Part shown: one piece after another, positions 51,280-61,301 of the stretch
Numbering within the stretch: the stretch's first letter is position 1
Layout: each line of letters begins with the position of its first letter
Source: Entomortierella parvispora E1425
Taxonomy: Eukaryota > Fungi > Mortierellomycota
Reading direction: 5' to 3'
Assembly (NCBI GenBank): GCA_020891255.1
Contig: BQFW01000011.1
Location: 1,736,001 to 1,800,000 of the forward strand
DNA length: 64,000 bases
Notes under the pieces: generated by a model
What the model was told of the DNA's origin: nothing
The model's input: the letters and a program-made list of their open reading frames with translations, nothing else
Database searches by the model: none
Made by a program: the position numbers and the translations under genes

Positions 51280-51656
51280 GGTGCTAGTCTGTGAGGTCAA
51301 ACAAAGATAGAAGGTGAAATAGATGTAGGGGAAAAGATTAAAAGGGTGGGGAAATGGTTGTGCAGGTGGAGTAAGTAAAAGTGAATAAAAGTAAAGAAAC
51401 GAAAAGAAAAAGAGTTGAATGGTGAAGACAAAGAGTGACGACTTTCGCCACCTGTCCACACGATGCTGCGCCAGTCTTTTGCCCTCCACGTGACACATGC
51501 ATGATACATACATGTACCATGGCGCCCAGGGTAGAAATGGTTTTGCGACTTTTTATTTCAGTTCAAAGGGTCAACGCCTTTTTGTTTCAGTTCAAAGGGT
51601 CAAAAGAGTCGAAGTCCGAGAAGAGAGGTCAACCAGGGTAGATAAAGGCTGTGTTG

Positions 51657-54600
51657 TCAATGACACTCTACAAACTGAACATGGACAAGAGTAGGTGAAG
51701 CTGGCATCCAGTTCAGTAAGGACGTGGCTGTCGCGACAGTGACGGTTGTGTGAGGAACTAGTTCTCCCGCATGGTATCGTCCACCACCATTGCCACCGCT
51801 AACTCGGGCAGGATGCACCAGTCCGCTTGTTGTGCAAGGTGCATCCTGCTTTCCGCAGTTCTTAGCGTCACGCACTCTTGCTCCAGTTCCAGCTCCTGCT
51901 CCTATTACTACTCTTGCTCCTGCTCCTCCAGTAGCACTCACGACACCAGCAGCGTGTAATGAAGGCAGATAGTCGGCGCCAGGCAAAGATGGAAGACATC
52001 TTGGCGCCATCACCAGAGCGTCCTTGGCCGCATTCCCTGTCAAGGAGGAAAGCTCCACCATGGCGGTATAACTCGCTGCTGCAAAAATCACTGTGCCTAC
52101 AATGGTCAAGTAAACCCTTGAGATGGCTGCCATTACTTGCCACAGCACGGCCACCATATCGACCTGCAAGGCCCGGAACTGTAGCCTATCTGCATACGCC
52201 GGCAGTAAGCGCTGGCTCAAGATCCTAACGTCCGTATACGAGAATGCCGCCATAAGACCTCGACCCCAAACTCTTTTCAGCGTCAGGACCACTTCCAGGT
52301 AGGCCAAAAATCCATCAAAGTCCTGCTCACTCACATAGAGCTTGTAATCCAAATGGCCGAGAAATCGTCGTTCCAAGTCGTTGATCTCCTTGGTGGTATA
52401 TTGGCCTCGTGTGAACTCGGCCCACTCGGCGTTTGAGAATGTGGCATCAAACAGGTATTTGTCCGCGCAGATAAAAGCGACCAGGATCAAGGATATACTC
52501 GACCATGGTTCCCGCTGTTCTCGATTCTGTGAATTGCTATTATGGCTACGGTGGCTTTGTGTAGACGAGGTCGTTGTAGAGATGGATGAGGTGGGCGAGG
52601 TATTGTTGCTAGAGGAACCGTCGGTGGGAGACGACGGACGACTGTCGCCGCCATAACCCTGACCACTGCCTGACATGAACGAGTCCTTGTTCCGATGAGA
52701 TCTCCTGGTCCAAAACGATGCTGTCGAAGTAGTCAGAGCATGACCATGGTCCGGCCCTTGGTCGAGCCGTGTCCTGTTCTTCTTGTTCAGCGATCGAGAC
52801 AGTCGAGCTTTGAACCGGTCGATATAGATAAGGGCGAGCACCAAGGTCGTGCAAGAGAGCTGGGTTCGTTTCAGGATGCGGTGGATAAAATAAAATACTC
52901 CGGTCGTCTCGTCATCGTCCGCAGAGTCCGACTCTGCTCCGTGCGCTCTTTGGTTTCGTCCATGCTTCGAGTCCCGTCCTTGATCCTCGTCGGTTCTTCC
53001 TTGATGAAGACAAGAACCAAACAATGACATTTCTCGGCCAGTTATCATGGACGCAATCACCGCAGCGGCCAAATCTTCATATATAGAGATCTTGCCACAA
53101 ATATCCATACCTCACAAAACCTAAATTCTCACACCCCTCTGCCTTTTTTTTTTCTATTCTCTTCTGATTTTAAAAACTTCATTGACTCTAAACGATGTTC
53201 CATGATGGACTGGACTCACTGGGGTCATGTCTACTGAGAACAATGGTACTGAAAAAAAATAGAAAATACTATGCCTCCTCGTCACTAGAAATTTCACTGT
53301 TGTCTGTGTCACTATCAAATTCGCGGTCATCATCGTCACTTTCACTGTAGTTTTCATTGTTTTCGAGTCGTCTTTCGTAGAGAATCCGATAGTCCCTCCC
53401 AACCTGGACAGTCTTTTTCCAAACAGCAATAAGCTGTGACTCCTGAATGCCAGCGAAGAGTCCCAAAAGGCGGTTTCGCAGTGACAGCTCAGTCTCGTCC
53501 AAGTTAGGATTGGCTGCAATTGGGTTCTTGACCATTCCCCAGACCATTTCAATCGGCTGTAGCTCGCAATGATACGGAGGTGTCTTGCAAATGGTGTGTC
53601 CGTATTCGTGTGCAATTCGGTATGAAGCAAAGGTCTTGGGGATGTTGAGACCTTTGATGTGCTCAAGAAGCTCGAGTCTAGACTTGATCTTGCCCCGGTC
53701 ATTTGTTGGTAGCTCTATGCCATTCTTTTCGAACCACGAATGGATATCTCTCACACAGGAGCTTGCTTTCGGTACTGGATTCTCTTCGCGGACATGGTAC
53801 TTGGCGCCATCCATGTGAATGTGACAAGGCCCATAGTCTTCATGGAGTGTTGTGCACAGAGCCTCAAACAATCGCTCAAACAGATCCGCATCAAAGTTAC
53901 CGTGGTAGTCATGGTAGTCAGGGGCAATACCCGCCTCTCGGACAAAATCAGGAACAGTCTTCCATAGCTCGTTGTCTGCGGCACGTCCACCCTCTCGACC
54001 ACGCAATTGACCCTTGACCGGCCAGATGAGGATGCTTTTCTTGACGAGCTCTGCCCTGAGCTTGTTGTCAACTCGGAATACCACGAATGCACCGAAAATG
54101 ACAAGCATTGGCTTTCGTCCTCGCTCATTGACAGAGCCTCCAGAAGGCAACCATGTCCGAAGACTGTGATGGTCTAGATGACAATATGACTCATCAAGGA
54201 ACACCTCAGGAACAATTGGAAGACCCTTGGGGTTCAGATTCGAGAGGCGACGCTCGATGTAAACATCACGATAGTCGATCACCGCTTGGGAGTCATGGAG
54301 GATATTCCTCCTGCTTCCTTTGCCGTAATGAAGACCTAGCCGTTTTAATCGACGGACCAAGGTTCGCTTCGCGAAAACGATACCGTGTTTTTCCCGCAGC
54401 TCCTTCAAAACTAGATTCGTTGTCACAGGCACTCCATCTTTGTTGCATGCCAACACAAATTCTCGAATGGCTGCGCCCAAGTCAGTCTCAATGATGTGTT
54501 TTGGTCGACCAATGCGTTTCTCCGAAACCTCCCCCACGCCGTTATAAAACTGAATAGCTTTCCGCGCCGTATCTGAACCGATCCCAGTTATGAGGGCAAG

Positions 54601-55277
54601 ACGCTTGCGGGCGGTGACTTTGCCACGGTGCTCGTGGAAGGCCCCAGTCCCATTCAAGTAGCTTTGGACGTTCGCCAGAATGCAGTATTCATTACGAGTC
54701 AGTCGTGCTGCATTCCGTTTAAATCGAGGATCCGACATGGTAGAGAGATGGGAGTTGCATCTCCAGAGAGCTGAGTGGCGTCCCTTTCTCCCCTTGAGTG
54801 CGCGAAAAGTCATAACTTTTATTAAGGGGTGGAGATCCATATGAAACCGGACATTCAAATCAGAGGTATGGATGTTTTTGGCATGGTCTCTATATTATTT
54901 TTTTTTAAAAAAAAAGGGTAAAAGATGATGGGCAGGTTAGCGCACTGTCCTTCCTGTGTCTACTATGATTCCCGCAGTTGACCAACAGTGGTTTTCTGAA
55001 TCAACATACCGATTAGGTTCAAAGGGATCCTGGTAAACTCATTACGGGCATAGCCATGACTCTTGAGATGGTCCAAAAAAGAATTGTACTCTCTAAGTGG
55101 CTCGCCGTACTAACAAAAAGGGGGACTTGAGTGTGAGTCATCAGTGATATGGAGTCCAACAGGGTAGAATACTGCATAATCCAAGCTTACAGTGACATCC
55201 GAGTGAAGGATCCTCTCCTTGTCCTTGAGCGACTGCTCCTTGCGAAAGTTCTTTCGCCTGCGCTGTTTCGAGGTCAT
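51657..55277 (-). CDS. Pho80/PCL-family cyclin, CNPPD1-like; intron 2 contains a transposon
   Basis: Exon 1 55277-55191 (87 nt), exon 2 55109-55010 (100 nt, phase 1) and exon 3 53074-51657 join in frame as ...RIPLNLI-D-LAAAVIASM. Cyclin box: ILKRTQLSCTTLVLALIYIDR, ICADKYLFD, NAEWAEF, EINDLERRFLGHLDYKL. Confidence 0.85.
53086..54890 (-). mobile_element. IS630/Tc1/mariner-superfamily DNA transposon, 1805 bp
   Basis: TIRs GAGATCTTGCCACAAATATCCATACCTC (53086-53113) and GAGGTATGGATGTTTTTGGCATGGTCTC (54863-54890) match at 24/28 positions as inverted repeats. TATA flanks both ends (53082-85 and 54891-94). It encodes a full DDE transposase. Confidence 0.92.
53269..54738 (-). CDS. DDE transposase, IS630/Tc1 type, with long spacer (DD86E)
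   Basis: Uninterrupted ORF, 489 aa from ATG 54738. It has an N-terminal HTH-like region (GRPK, RTLVRRLKRLG), VFLDESY, IHMDGAKYH and TPPYHCELQPIEMVW. Confidence 0.93.
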   Translation of the reverse strand: MSDPRFKRNAARLTRNEYCILANVQSYLNGTGAFHEHRGKVTARKRLALITGIGSDTARKAIQFYNGVGEVSEKRIGRPKHIIETDLGAAIREFVLACNKDGVPVTTNLVLKELREKHGIVFAKRTLVRRLKRLGLHYGKGSRRNILHDSQAVIDYRDVYIERRLSNLNPKGLPIVPEVFLDESYCHLDHHSLRTWLPSGGSVNERGRKPMLVIFGAFVVFRVDNKLRAELVKKSILIWPVKGQLRGREGGRAADNELWKTVPDFVREAGIAPDYHDYHGNFDADLFERLFEALCTTLHEDYGPCHIHMDGAKYHVREENPVPKASSCVRDIHSWFEKNGIELPTNDRGKIKSRLELLEHIKGLNIPKTFASYRIAHEYGHTICKTPPYHCELQPIEMVWGMVKNPIAANPNLDETELSLRNRLLGLFAGIQESQLIAVWKKTVQVGRDYRILYERRLENNENYSESDDDDREFDSDTDNSEISSDEEA

Positions 55278-55640
55278 TTAAGCTCTCGTCTCGCAGAATG
55301 AGTCCTGTTGGGAGTGAGCTGAAAGAGAGAGAAAGGGAAGGCAATCCGAGCCCTATGGGAGGTATGTTGGAGGTAAGTGGATTCAAGAATTGAATGTGTG
55401 GAAAGAAGCAACAAGCAACAAGCAAGGGGAAGGAATCAAAGGAGTTGAGAACACATGCATGGCTTGTTCTTTCTCATTCAAAAAAAAGTCCGTCAAATGC
55501 AGGGTCCTCTCTCAGTAGCGTGCACATGACCACTCGTCACGTGCTCGAAACAGACGAAAATATGAAATGCTTCTTTGTGTCATGCATGGTCTATGCTCTA
55601 TGGTCTATGGTCTATGGTCTATGAGTCTACGGGCTGTCTT

Positions 55641-58600
55641 TCAAGGGGCTGGTGTGGACGACGATGAGGAAGGTGGAGATGAGGTCAATGGTTCTACAGG
55701 CACCTCCAAGTCTGACAAGGACTCCGGACCCGTTTCCGAGATCGACACCGTGCCTTCGCCTTTGACGCGTTGAATCTCAAAAGTCTCCGTGGTCCAAACA
55801 TCGTAATCGGCTGGGTTATCCACATCGCCCATGATCCTTAAGGCTCTTAGTCTCAATCGATACAACCCATCTGGAACCTCGATCCTGGTTCCCTTACGGA
55901 TGTCACTTTGGGAATGCTTGGAGTCTGCGTCTTTCAACAGGTCCTGGTTCCTAAGCTTTTTCTTCTTGGCTAGAGCTTCATCCTGATCGGTGTCGTTGTC
56001 GTCTTTATCGGCCTTTCCTTGCTTCCTGGCACTCTGTGTCTTGCCGCTTTTACCCTTCTTGCTCTCTGGGACTGGATCTTCGCCCATCCTTTCGATTTCA
56101 GGGGTTGTATCCCTAGTAACTAAACGTTGAGGACGTCCACGTTTCTCGATTTGATGTCGATTGCCGTTACCATTGCCCAAAGACGCCCTTCGAACATCAT
56201 TCGCATTGATCACCCCCGGGGGATGGGCACTCATTCCATAAATTAAATCACGCCCGGGCTCGTGGTGAGAGACTCCAATCTGCCGCGTCCCAGTCCCAGA
56301 GGGGGTTCGGATCCAGCCAAGATTGCGACTTGCGCCTGTGTGCTGCACTCCAGCCTCCAGGTCAACAGTGCCATCCCATTTCACGGCCGTCACTGGGCCA
56401 ACAACCACAGATCTCGGTACATAGTCGTTCGAGGCCACCCTTCCTATCAGCGTAAATCCTGAATTTTGGTCTCCACCCTTGCCATCCGGGGTTCGGCCCA
56501 ACACATCCATAACTAGGAACAGAGTCGGGTTCAAAATACAGAAATTGATGATGGGCAAATCGGGTGAATTCATCGTGTATCTGAACTCTCCCTTGTTGAC
56601 AGTCGAGTTCTTCAGGACCTGACAAAGGGAGGTTTGCTGGATGGCTTGAACTTCTTCTGGGGTCGGCTGCCAAAATATCGGAAGAGACTTCATGTATCCG
56701 CGAACGCCTGCATACGGGATATGGATCGCCTCATCCCCAGCACCTAGAGGTTCATCCGCAGGACTAGAGTTTGAACCTGGGTCTGCTGCAGCTGTCGTTT
56801 CTCGGATGACGATATATCCAGAATAAATGGAATGCTGGACGACAGGCAAACTTTCAGGCTCTTCAATTTTGACCGCCACTCGGCCCACACTCCTCGCCGG
56901 GACCAAGACAGTGACCTCTGAGAATGTAACTTTTGCATAGCCTTCCTCGTTGAGCATCACATAATCCCGGCTCGCTTCTGGGCCTGATACATTAAGGGCG
57001 GCCATGTTCTGCATCTTGATTTCCTTGGACTCGATCTGGAGCTCGTGAAGCGACTGGGCTGGGAGATGAGATAGGCGATACAAGACTGGTTCCGGCCCAT
57101 AGTTTTGAATCGTGATCCAATGTGCATCCTTGCTTCCGAATCCTGTGTCATTCAGTTCAATCGTAGCCGGGGTCACGAATGTCCTCTGGATCGCCTTCCA
57201 AGCATCATGTGGCTCCGTCGCCTCGCCCTTTTCTGCCTTTAGGCCGTAAGCAAGACTGGTAAGTGCTCGAAAAACATTGACCATCCCGGCACCTTGTTTT
57301 GCTACTGAATCCACATGCGAAAACCCATTGGCGGCTGTCTGAGGGAGTCCTCGGCCGGAATTGGGGTCTTCCCCATTGACCATCTTGGGTTTGACAGCAA
57401 GAATATCAAAGGGCTTGTACTGCTGGTAGATGTGTGATGGTTCGGCTGTGTTTTTGAACGTTGTGTAGAGTCGTTGGATATTTTCCCAGGTGATGGGGTC
57501 AGTATTCCCTGTCAATTTCCGATACTGCTGAAGAGCAAGGGCCAAGGATCCTGCCATGTGAGGTGAGGCCATTGAAGATCCTGAGAGGACGGTGTAACTT
57601 CCGTTGTTGGTAGGCCTAAAAAAGGAATTGGTATTAATGCCATATCACTCAGGGCAAACAAAGCTAGACTTGAGAGAACGTACCATGTCGAGTAAATGTT
57701 TTCTCCTGGGGCTCCAATATCCTACGCGGTTGATAGTAGCAAATGTTACAAAGGTACTTTCTGATAACTCGTCATGAAGCAACTGAAGCATCAGCTTACA
57801 GGTTTGATATGGAGATTATTGTCCAGTCCATAAGAGTCGAAAAGAGAAACGGATCCTCCAGCGGGATCCAAGAACGACGCCGGTTTTTCACTAAAGGCAA
57901 CCTGGACATCCACTGTCCATTTAGCATCCGGAGCCCTTTTCACAGTGGACAGGTGAGCAAGCAATGTGTCCCCATCCGTTTTGGTTATACTTCCAGACGC
58001 TATATTTACGGGCGTGATGGATGCTACCAGGCTTCCCTCAATGTTGTTCACAAAGAGAATACCCACTGCACCCTTGTCCAGAGCGTGTTGGGCCTTTAAA
58101 CTGAATAAACAATTGCCGCGAAGGACCACAACGACTTTTCCTGTTAGATCGTCTGAAAAAGGCTCACATCCCGTCCCGAGACCCGTCCCGTTGATGGAGG
58201 CTGTCAACGGAAGAGTCTTGTTTAGTCCAGGCGTATCTGATTTTGTATAAACTAGCCAGTGAAAAACATACAAAAAAGTTAGTTACAGTTTCCACAATGA
58301 CCACTGACCAGGAGAAAAGTTGATGAAAAAAAAAGGAAAAAAAAAAACTCACTGAATCGATAGTTTGGTAGCATGGGTATCATGAAATACGACAGAAGGA
58401 CTCTGGTGTTGATATAAGATGCTACGGCCAAAGCTGAGGCACCCTCGCTGACATAGTTCGCGCTGAACAAGCCCTGAGTATTTTCATTCCCGTTTGAAAC
58501 TGTCACCATAATCCCAAACTCCCTGATTTTGCGGATAGCACGCGCGACTATGTTATCTGGCCATCCATTGGGCTCTCCGATCGACAGGTTGATGATATCC

Positions 58601-60339
58601 ATTCGATCCGTAGCTGCCCGCTCTAGTGCTGCTAAAATCACGTCGTCGTTGCTGCTGCCATTGCACCCAAGAACTCTGTACGCTCCCAGCAGAGCTAACA
58701 CGTATACGGTAGCAGATTTCAGATTAGAAAAACAAAAAATGAAAGGTATCTTTACCCTAATATTCCATGGAGAGTCCGCATTTATACCTTCCGGAGCAAC
58801 TCCCCTGACAATATCGTTTTCTGCAGCGACAATGCCTGCCACATGAGTTCCATGCCCTGCACAATCAAGTGGATGAGATGATGGTTCCAGTTTGTTATGT
58901 CCATTGAAATTGTCACCAACAAAATCCCATCCGAACGCGACCTTGCACCCGCCTCCAAAGCAACCTCCTAATGCCGGATGCTAAAAACAAACAAAGATAG
59001 TAATGAGAGACGCATCCAAATGATTCATGGCTCATATGGTTGGTGGATGTGTTTCCTACATTAAAGTCGATCCCAGTGTCTGCAAGTGAGTGAAAGAGTT
59101 GTGGATAAAAAGGGTTAACACTCCCACTCTTCCTCTTCATTGAGATGGTCCTTTTCCCTTTAATTACCAATGATTCCGACTCGGACATCCTTGCCTGTCA
59201 ATCCAAGTTCTGCATGTACTCGCGTCACTCCGGTCATGTTCAATCTATAAGGCAAGTCAATGAAAGAGATATCAGTTATGAATGCTCTCCCTGGGCGAGC
59301 ACAGACAAGGAGATCGAATACATACGCGCTCGTGACGAGGGCACTTCGCGTTACTGGGTTGATTTGCTTTGGAAGGGCCACGAGCGTCTGGATCCCCACG
59401 GTAAGAGCACACGCGCAGAAATGCAGGCAGCGCAAAAATGCAGACACAGAAAAAGAATGGATGCACACAATGTTAGGAACGAGCAGTTTCTTCGGCAAGG
59501 ATCGCCAGCCAGGAATAGGTCGAAAGCCGTCAGGCAAAGGCACGGAGAAGACATTTTGGAGTAAAGACAAATGAAAAAAAAAAAAAAAAAAAGAAACGGA
59601 GTTTGGGTGCATGGTTATTTTGCCACCGGCCCCAACCATGTCCCGTTTTTTTTACTCCAACATCCCCCTTTCCACTTACGATTGGCGTTACAGACAGAAG
59701 CCCGTCCAAGGCCATCAAGGACTCCAGCTCGGACATATCCTCGATCTGAACAGAGATGGCATTGATGAGCAAATTAAACTCGTGGCGGATCTGAGTTGTC
59801 TTCAGTCCTTTGGCTTTGTCCTTGAACGCGTTTCTGTCCAAAATGGCCTGCACATCCTCAGGCGCACTCTTGAACTCGAACAGAAAGGCGCCAGGGCTAT
59901 TTTTACCATGAACCATGTGCATGCGTTGTCATGTTGTGTTGTGTTGTGTTGTGTTGTGTTGTGTTGTGTTGTGTTGTGTTGTGTTGTGTTGTGTTGTGTT
60001 GTGTTGTGTTGTGTTGTGTTGTGTTGTGTTGTGTTGTGTTGTGTTGTGTTGTGTTGTGTTGTGTTGTGTTGTGTTGTGTTGTGTTGTGTTGTGAGATCAA
60101 ACAAAGAAAAAGGGCCAAGGTAGAGTCAGATAAACAGATGGTTTGAGTTGGATAATGCAGGCGTTGGAGAATCATCTCTTCCTTCGCGTGTGTATTTACC
60201 AGAGCTCAGAATGATCGGGTGGCATTGTCACCACATCCACGGCACCCAAGACCAGGACCGCAATAGCCTGGAGAACCAAGAAGAGAGACATGACTCGACT
60301 CCATTGTGATCTCAGCCCTGAATGTTGGTTAGACTGCAT
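55641..60339 (-). CDS. Secreted subtilisin-like S8 serine peptidase with I9 propeptide, PA domain and Fn3-like C-terminus
   Basis: Signal peptide, PGAFLFEF propeptide, DTGID (Asp), GHGTHVAG (His), AYRVLG, SNGN oxyanion site, PA domain VVVLRGNC-FSLKA, SGSSMASPHMAG (Ser), KQGAGMVN and YSGYI; many introns. Confidence 0.93.
59932..60093. repeat. (TGTTG)n pentanucleotide microsatellite, about 32 units, in subtilase intron 1
   Basis: Perfect repeat of about 160 bp; it explains the VLCCV and TTQHN pseudo-ORFs. Confidence 0.97.
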
Positions 60340-61301
60340 GCGGGATACTGGAAGAAAAGAAGGGCGTAGACAAAGAAGATAATTTTGGTTGTTGTTGAGT
60401 AACACAGGCGACTCTTTGAGAATGAGGGCGTTTTGTTGCTTTGATGGGAAAGAGACCGTGCGGGGAAAGTGGACTGATGAGAGGAGCAGGCCGTTATGAA
60501 GACGTGGTGCCTACAAGAGTGGAGGACTGCTGGACCGACTGACAAGAAAGGTCGTCGAGGGGACTTGCAATGAAAAAAAAAGAGAATGAAATGGAAAGAA
60601 GGAAAGAAAGATTTGAAAAAGAAAGAGCTTACAAAAGTCAAGGAGAAAGAAGGGTGTGATGAGAAAGGAAACAGTGCATGGATCATATCCAGAGTCTTGA
60701 ACAAAAGACTGGAGAACAATGATGATGGAGGAAAGAAAAAATGGTGCTCGTGTGGGTGAAAGCGCGGATCAAAGTTCTCCAGGACCGACGGAGAGACCAT
60801 GGATTTTCCCAAGTCTACTTCGTCAGTGAACCTGGATTGCACTCATTTAACCATTGCGACCAAGGACAGGGAATGACTGAGGATGAAGAGGAGGAAACGA
60901 AGAGGCCCTGTCCTTTCCCCCTTCCAGGAGACAGCAAAGCGTGTCAGTTGCAAGGTCAAAGAGGTTGGCTGCAGGCTGTGCATCCTCCAAATGAACCAGG
61001 ACCCCACCTCCTATCTAGTCACCCTTTTCTGCCCCTTGCCCCCGCTGCTATCCAAAGACCCCCTTCCTTTCAATTTTCGCTCTCTGGACTTTCTCTTTTT
61101 TTGATCATCCTGTCTCCTGAAAACTACAAACCAGACACGAATTGACATCTACTGTAGCTCTCATAGCTAAAAGCTGCTAAGAATGGTTGGATGCAAACAT
61201 GCCCATTCCAGCAGAAGCATTTGTATTTTTCCCATCTAGCGAACCATGTCCTATCTGAGCTGCAACACAAAAAAAAAAAAAAAAAAAGAGAGATACCAAT
61301 A

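Noticed and set aside
59802-60175. Cys-rich (VLCCV)n and (TTQHN)n ORFs
   Set aside because: They are translations of an intronic pentanucleotide microsatellite.
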